A DNA stretch of 64,000 bases from Octopus sinensis (taxonomy: Eukaryota): assembly GCF_006345805.1 (NCBI RefSeq), contig NC_043006.1:1364001-1428000 (forward strand), given 5' to 3'. The translations under genes were made by a program, and so were the position numbers. The notes below the pieces were generated by a model. The model searched no databases and had not been told where the DNA came from. It was given only the letters and a program-made list of their open reading frames with translations. Each line of letters starts with the position of its first letter. Position 1 is the stretch's first letter. Positions 55,971 through 64,000 of this stretch are shown here, in pieces.

Positions 55971-56619
55971 CGCGTAAATGTAGCTTGGTTGGCCGGTCAG
56001 TTGAGTTGTCCAATGCTCAATGGACAATATCATCGATTAGAAGGAGAAAAAGCGAGTAAAAGACAGCTACAGATATAGTTAACAAAAGAGGTGCCGAGTG
56101 ATGCACATTCTAGCCTTGGTCGCAAGTAACGAGTAAAGGAACGCTTCACAGGCAAAAGTGAAGGAGAAAGTATCATTGAGGATGAGGATGAGTGGAACTA
56201 AATGATACAGTGACTATGGGCAGAAGAATAAAAAATGAGAAATTTGTTTTATCTTATTTTATTTTGAGATAAAAAATATTTTTCTCATGAAAATTAATAT
56301 ATAGTTCATCATTTTGTATAAGCAACAAGAAATTTGATAAAATTAAATTATAAATATTGTGTGTCTGCCATATTTCCTGGTCTTACCCGCGGTGGCAAAA
56401 GTATTCTTCCACAGTTACCCGTCTAGTGCGCGCGTGTGTTCGTTCTCGGCTACTTTTCTCAAACCGGCAAGGACTTAGTAATTCACAATTGCTCGCTCAA
56501 ACTTCCAAATATTAAACTTTGTTCATTTTGCGATCTAATTTATTACAGAACCTACCATCATTATTGATTCTACTCACCAGGGAGGTGAAGTGGTTTTCCT
56601 CTGTCAGCTCCTATACTCA

Positions 56620-57086
56620 ATAATAATAGGATAAGCTTTCATGTCTTCTCATTTTAACTGGTTGGAAATGTTATCATACACATGGTTTTGTCTTGGTATA
56701 AAAGATGGGCTACAGCAAATATTCTGCTCAATACCACAGATTTGCTTGTCAGTTGTTTGGCCTTAACCAATTGACATGTTCTTTAATGGTTGATATGAAC
56801 AACTCTGATCACGAACAAAAGTAGTGGAGGAGCATCATAGCTACGTGTTGAGAGGAATTCTTTGGGGTTTAGATAATTCACCTCTGGAAACATGAGTTCG
56901 ACATCCTTAAACAACCTGCAAGTTCATGCGCTGTTAATCTTAATATGAGATCACCATGTCGCGCACATAATGTTGCGATGCATGTGCCTGGTGTACCCTT
57001 ATCAGACGGGTAGTCCCGATTGGTATACTGGGCTTGTATATTTTACCCCCAGTGTCACTATAGTGGCATGCACTGCTCTCTCACTC

Positions 57087-57140
<54 letters not shown>
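56620..57140 (+). mobile_element. (TAA)n-tailed retroposon (family E), internally deleted
   Basis: Homologous to 60389-60957. Confidence 0.8.
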
Positions 57141-57142
<2 letters not shown>

Positions 57143-57152
57143 GTTTAATAAG

Positions 57153-57538
57153 CAGATGACAACGTGTCTCTGCAGATGACAACGTGTCTCTAAGCAGATG
57201 ACAACGTGTCTCTAAAAGAAATGGAGAAACTTTCAAAATACAAAGACCTGGAAATAGGTAACCAGAATGTGGAATCTAAAAACAGAAACAATTAATATCA
57301 TAGTAGGTGCATTAGGCATGATAAAAAAAATATTCAGACAAATACATAACAAAAGCACCAGGACTTACAAACACATATAACATACAGAAAATTGCACTAC
57401 TAGGCACTGCACACATCCTACGCAAAACACTTTCCATACAATAACCATCAGAGCATCACAACCAATCACAGCACATACCCAAGGCACACAAAGCTGCGCT
57501 CGGTAGTGAAGTGAAAGCACGCTATAAAAATAAAACTA

Positions 57539-57600
<62 letters not shown>
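57153..57600 (+). mobile_element. R4/Dong-like non-LTR 3' fragment, subfamily 1
   Basis: DDNVSLKEMEKLSKYKDLEI...IIVGALG...IQKIALLGTAHILR, then 3' UTR and (TAA)n. Confidence 0.85.
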
Positions 57601-57602
<2 letters not shown>

Positions 57603-57699
57603 TTGAGAAGAGCATTGTCGATGTGAGAACTGTTGCTGCTCATGTATTTTAATTTAACTTAAAAAAAAAATTTTTTTTTAAATGAACGAACTATTGAGT

Positions 57700-57822
57700 T
57701 TGGTTTAATGGCCTACCAATGTATACTATGAGTTTCTTTGCCCTAGGAGTCGGGAAGACACTCGGCAAGAAATGGAAGCAAATTTGAAAGAAGAAAGAAA
57801 AAGTAATAATAATAATAATAAT
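57700..57822 (+). mobile_element. R4/Dong-like 3' UTR stub, subfamily 2
   Basis: Homologous to 59610-59720; ends in (TAA)n. Confidence 0.75.
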
Positions 57823-57825
57823 AAT

Positions 57826-59711
57826 CGCATGATCCTTGAGAACTGTCATAACAAACGAAGAAAACTCGGTTCCGCATGAATTGATTATAAAAAGGCCTTT
57901 GACAGCATATCGCATTCATGGATCTTGAAACCGTTGGGTATCTTCAAAATTTCTCCCATAATTTCAAACTTCCTGAAGCACAACATGTCTGTGTAGAATA
58001 CGAATCTCTAATTATACCACTCTAATGGAGAACTCACCACAAAACAATATTAGTAGCAACTGCGGATTTTCGCTTTCACCTCTAATTTTTTGCATAGCCC
58101 CAATACCCCTTACAAGTGAACTTAACAGAACAGGGTATGGATATAAAATTGGCGACAAGAAAATAAGTCATCTATTTTATATGGCTGACTCTGCGGCAAA
58201 GACGATAATAAGCTTGAAGGACCACAACGTACTGTGAAAGCATCAAGTGATGATATTGGCATGGGATTTGGTCTTGATAAATGTGCCAAGGCCACTTTCC
58301 AGAAAGGGAAACTGAAGACTTCACATTCAGTGGTGTTGGATGTTGACACAGTCAGAAAAGAACTCGAGCAGGAACAAACTTACGAATACCTCGGAATAAT
58401 GAGGGTTCTGGCATTCGACATGCAAGCATGAAAAAGAGAAGATCAACAAGCATGAAAAAGAAGAGTAATGTTACGGGAGAGTTCGAGCAGTCCTAAAATT
58501 CGAGTTAAATGCGCGAAACAAGGGGTTAGCTATAAATTACTTAGCAGTTCCGGTTGTTATTTACAGTTTCAATGCGTTGGATTGGAATATGAGCGAAACT
58601 AGGAAGATTGAGAGGAAAATCCATAAGCTGCTGACTTGCAATACGATGCACCACCCAAAGACAGACGCAGATCGTCTTTACTTACCCAGAGCTCAAGAAG
58701 GTCGAGGCTTGATCCAATGTGCAATCTCTTACAAAACCACCACAATTGGACTGGCAAAATATATTGAAACATCTAACGACTGGATGCTAAAGTTTGTTGA
58801 AAACCGCAAAAGACGTAAGAAGCTTCTGTTATGAATGAGTGCAAAAAATCTTCTTGTGAATTTATGCAAAATACCCAGGTTGAACAGCATGATGGAAGTG
58901 CGGCAGCTGTGGTTGCAAAGAAGGTTGAATCAATAGCACAGCAAAAAGCGTCTGGTCAGTTGGCTATTAGGTGGGAACAAATCCTCAGCATGGCACATAT
59001 GTGAACTATAGCAAACAAGCTGATGTAAACCAGAATCACACCCACCGGGGGCACCGGAGCTCCGGGCTAAAGGCAGAGAGAGAAGGCTTTATCTTGGCTG
59101 CTCGAGATCAGAGCTTATTGAACCGGAACCCATCGAAGCAAATAAATCAGATGTTGTGAAAGACCAAAAGCAATAAAGTTTGTTTATTGATTGACATGAG
59201 CATACCCTGTGACCATAATATCTCGGCAAAAGAATTTGATAAGCTCAGAAAATATAAAGATTTGCTAATCGATATCGAAAAGATGTGGCATCTCAAGACG
59301 GTTACAATACCAGTGATTGTAGGAGCACTTGGAATGATCAAAAAAGGAACTGAGAATTTTTTTAGAATGATCCCTGGCTTACCATCCATGCAGGAAGTGC
59401 AAATGATTGTCTTGACTGGCAACTGGTCACTCGTATTGAGAAGACCATCGGCGCTGGGAATTTTCTTTCCCTTTTCCTCTTTATTTTCTTTGTTTATTTT
59501 TTATTTTCTATTTTTCTTTTTACTCTCTGTCTTTTCTTCCCCTTTTTCTCTATCACGTGACTTTGTGAATGAACAATTTAGTTATTTTAATGGCCAAAAT
59601 AATGGTTATTTTAATGGCCAACCAATGTATACAGTGTGTTTCACTGCCCTAGGTGTCAGGAAGGCACTCGGCAAGAATTGGAAACAGAATTGAAAGATGA
59701 TAATGAAAATG

Positions 59712-59765
<54 letters not shown>
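57826..59765 (+). mobile_element. R4/Dong-like non-LTR retrotransposon, decayed RT + RLE, subfamily 2
   Basis: IDYKKAFDSISHSWI, LSPLIFCIA, ISHLFYM, DIGMGFGLDKCA, RLYLPRAQEGRGL, EGFILAARDQSL and LIDMSIP...KYKDL...PVIVGALG; multiple frameshifts; (TAA)n on both sides. Confidence 0.88.
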
Positions 59766-60388
<623 letters not shown>

Positions 60389-60957
60389 TGCCTTGATGCA
60401 GTACCAGACAGGGGTTCTCATGGCTTCTTATCTTAACTGATTGGAAATGTTATCATGTACATTGTTTTTCTTGGTATAAAAGATGGGCTACAGCAAATAT
60501 TCTGCTCAATACCACAGATTTGCTTGTCAGTTGTTTGACCTTAACCAGTTGAGCATGTCCCTTAGTGGCTGACGATATGTGCATCTCTGATCACGAGCAG
60601 AAGTAGTGGGGGAGCATCATGGCCATGTGTTGAGAAGGATTCTTTGGGGTTTGAATAATTCACCTCTGGAAACATGGGTGTTTCGTTCAACATCTTTAAG
60701 CAACCCTTATTCAGGGACCTTTTGAGAGGAATGGGCTACTTGACCTCTTCACATTCTAACTGGGCCCCACCTGCAAGGTCATGTGCTGTTTATCTTGATG
60801 TGATATCACCGTGTCGCGCACACATGGTTGTGATGCATGTGCCTGTGTACCCTTATCAGACTGGTAGTCATGATGGGTATATTGGGTTTCGTATATTTTA
60901 ACCCAGTGTCACTTTGGTGGTATACACTGCTCTCTCACTCAATAATGATAATAATAA
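60389..60957 (+). mobile_element. (TAA)n-flanked retroposon (family E), longest copy
   Basis: Three copies in the window share the same 3' end abutting (TAA)n. Confidence 0.8.
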
Positions 60958-60979
60958 TGCTGTTTTAGAATGTAGATAC

Positions 60980-61026
<47 letters not shown>

Positions 61027-61267
61027 TACATATATACATATACATACATATATATATACATACATACATATACATATATACATATACATATACATATATA
61101 CATATCTACATATACATACATATCTACATATGCACACATATATACATATGCATACATATATACATATACATATATACATACATGTATATGTGTATATATA
61201 TATACATACATATATATCTACATTCATATATATACAAGTATTAGTACTCTAATGTTTTAGAGTGTGC

Positions 61268-61313
<46 letters not shown>

Positions 61314-61631
61314 CACACATATATGTATATATATATATATATATATATAGTCATCAAAAAAGGGGGTAGAATTAATTAATTGTTAATAAATTCTACGAAG
61401 CAGTATTCGGTATGTAAAGACCATTTACGGTATATATGAAGTATTAATTTATAAAAATATGCTAAAGTAAAAAAAATTCACTTTACCACACACCGAACTT
61501 TTCAGAAATAGCAGCCAAAAGTTTGGCTATTTCTTCAACTGCAAATAAAAGTCTCCAGACAATGCATACTCAGAAAATGACTCACATAGGTATAAGGGAA
61601 AAACAATGAAAGATCACATCCATATACGATA

Positions 61632-61693
61632 CCCGAGGACAGTCTGTTTCTGGATTTGTGGGTAAAACGCCACTTTTCCTTCATCAGCTCAGA
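61632..61693 (-). ncRNA. Type-I hammerhead ribozyme, intact
   Basis: Reverse complement of 62333-62394, with no difference seen by eye. Confidence 0.88.
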
Positions 61694-62332
61694 GATTTCT
61701 TCTGATTTAGATTTGAAAATACTAAGAATCAAACATACCCGTCCGATATCTGTAACATCGGACAAACCATGCCAGACACCCAGCCAAACTTTTGGCTGCT
61801 ATTTCTGAAAAGTTCGGTGTGTGGTAAAGTAAATTTTTTTTACTTTACCATATTTTTATAAATTAATACTTCATATATACCGTAAATGGTCTTTACATAC
61901 CGAATACTGCTTGGTAGAATTTATTAACAATTAATTAATTCTACCCCCTTTTTTGATGACAATATAACGCTTTATCTCCAAGAATTTGAACTGCAGTTTT
62001 TACCTCTGTAGAAATGTAATGCTCTATGACTCACGTGGGTGGACAGGGAGAATAATAGATCTCATTCGTAGAATTTATTAACAATTAATTAATTCTACCC
62101 CCTTTTTTGATGACAATATAACACTTTATCTCCAAGAATTTGAACTGCAGTTTTTACCTCTGTAGAAATGTAATGCTCTATGACTCACGTGGGTGGACAG
62201 GGAGAATAATAGATCTCATTCGTATTTTTGGATTCGCTAGTACTGGGTGTCTGGCATGGTTTGTCCGATGTTACAGATATCGGACGGGTATGTTTGATTC
62301 TTAGTATTTTCAAATCTAAATCAGAAGAAATC

Positions 62333-62394
62333 TCTGAGCTGATGAAGGAAAAGTGGCGTTTTACCCACAAATCCAGAAACAGACTGTCCTCGGG
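62333..62394 (+). ncRNA. Type-I hammerhead ribozyme, intact, GUC cleavage site
   Basis: TCTGAG-CTGATGA-A-GGA.AAA.GTGG(CGTTTTAC)CCAC.AAA.TCC-A-GAAA-CAG.A.CTG-TC-CTCGGG. Confidence 0.88.
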
Positions 62395-63912
62395 TATCGT
62401 ATATGGATGTGATCTTTCATTGTTTTTCCCTTATACCTATGTGAGTCATTTTCTGAGTATGCATTGTCTGGAGACTTTTATTTGCAGTTGAAGAAATAGC
62501 CAAACTTTTGGCTGCTATTTCTGAAAAGTTCGGTGTGTGGTAAAGTGAATTTTTTTTTACTTTACCATATTTTTATAAATTAATACTTCATATATATATA
62601 TATACATATATAAATATATATATAATCATGTAAAAGTCTTTGTGATTAGGCTGACACACGCTTTTGTCTGTCATAGGTGTTAAAGCACTTCACTGTTGCA
62701 TGCGAGAATAAATATAAAATAAAATAATGTACAACGTGAAGCGCTAGCAATATGGCATCAAATTCAGTTCTACAACCACAACTCTAGAAAAAAAGGAATG
62801 AGTAGTGAAATGATTTTTCGTTTCTTCTGGAGGTTTTACTTTCGTTTTTATCTTTGTTTTGTTTGTTTGTTTTTGTTTTGTTTTTTCCTCATACAATGGC
62901 TTAAGTAATGGAAATGACGCACTTATCGTGTAACCCTGCATCTAGTTACCATTAACCGTGTTCAAAGACTTGTATCAACAAACTAATACAGTTGATGTCG
63001 ACAATTTTCCTCAGTCTTGTAAACTCGTAACGAAACACGGCAGATAAACAATGTGTCTCCTTAATAGAGAAATCTTTTGAGAACTTTGTAACATGAAACC
63101 TGTTTCTGCAATTTTCAAATAAATAGTCGATGCTTGCGTTACTGACAAATAACCTCATATTGTAGACCGCATCTACTTGATTCAATGAAGTAGTTTGTTG
63201 AAATCAAAATCCTGTTTGGAATTCGTATATCTTTAAATAAACAATACCAACGAAATCTCTTATGAAGGAAATCGGCTTCACTTAAAAATAAGATATTTGT
63301 GAAGTAAAAGTCTGATTTCTACATAACTCATACTTGAGATACTTCAGACTTAATGTCTTCGAAATATTGATTCGGCACATACTTTCTTTTACTGGGAATC
63401 TTCTGAATTAACGTAATAATATCATTCTCTCTTTACGTTCTGTATTCAAAGTTGCCGAGGTGAACTTTGCCTTTCATCTTCCTGGGTTCAATAAAATAAA
63501 ATGGTTGTCAAGTACAGAAGTGGGGGGTCGATACGATCGACTGTATCCAGCTACAAAATGTACGACTTTGCGCCTTGGTGAGAAATCAATATTATAATTA
63601 GATATATGAGATGTGGAAATTTTATTCCTGCCAGACTCTGACGAGAGCAGCCAGTTAACTGAAATTATGAGTACTGGATTAAATGCTTTTTAATATTTAA
63701 TTACATATATTCTTGATGATCTGATTTCAAATCCCTCGTGAATCGTCTTACAATTCTTCCTTCTGAGATTAATTAATAAATGCCAGCATTGTGCTGGAGT
63801 TCATTAAAATTGATTTTATTGTTCTACGGATAGAATCTTCTTTTGTGCCCATACAGGACATAAACATATTTGAAAATATGTGTATACAGAATCATAACCA
63901 TATCTCTATTGA

Positions 63913-63914
<2 letters not shown>

Positions 63915-63969
<55 letters not shown>
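63915..63969. repeat. (TAA)n microsatellite
   Basis: Direct inspection. Confidence 0.9.
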
Positions 63970-63971
<2 letters not shown>

Positions 63972-64000
63972 AATTATTGTATACAGTGCTCAGGTGCACC

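Larger units (their letters stand above)
61350..62595. mobile_element. Retrozyme-like HHR element (family H4): inverted copy plus more-than-unit tandem copy
   Basis: 61350-61783 is the reverse complement of the unit on the right. AGCCAAACTTTTGGCT recurs at 61782 and 62498. There is a 154-bp internal tandem duplication and TA on both flanks. Confidence 0.85.

Noticed and set aside
61503-61519. 17-bp identity (CAGAAATAGCAGCCAAA) between H4 and family D repeat at ~19502
   Set aside because: Short, with flanks that do not align; could be chance.
61535-62491. Duplicated 76-87 aa ORF in H4
   Set aside because: The duplication reflects the inverted repeat; there are no protein motifs and the ORF overlaps the ribozyme.

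Overview
This is eukaryotic, very AT-rich, repeat-dominated intronic or intergenic DNA, most likely from an octopus (inferred from the SINE and microsatellite repertoire). I found no supportable host gene; almost all ORFs in the track are microsatellite translations. The window holds multi-kb (TA)n arrays and other simple repeats, many tRNA-headed SINEs, Helitron and MITE remnants, and decayed LINE fragments (CR1/L2-, RTE-, HERO- and Tx1-like). It also holds a nest of R4/Dong-like elements in (TAA)n arrays and a frameshifted Penelope-like element (PLE; RT + GIY-YIG). The main signal is a set of about 11 type-I hammerhead ribozyme (HHR) motifs from about 5 sequence families. One lies in the PLE 3' terminal region. 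The others lie in short non-coding elements embedded in (TA)n tracts, mostly with a fold-back (inverted-repeat) architecture. One element (61350-62595) is a circularly permuted, more-than-unit-length ~562-nt monomer with two intact HHRs, resembling a retrozyme. All folds and alignments were done by eye and need computational confirmation.
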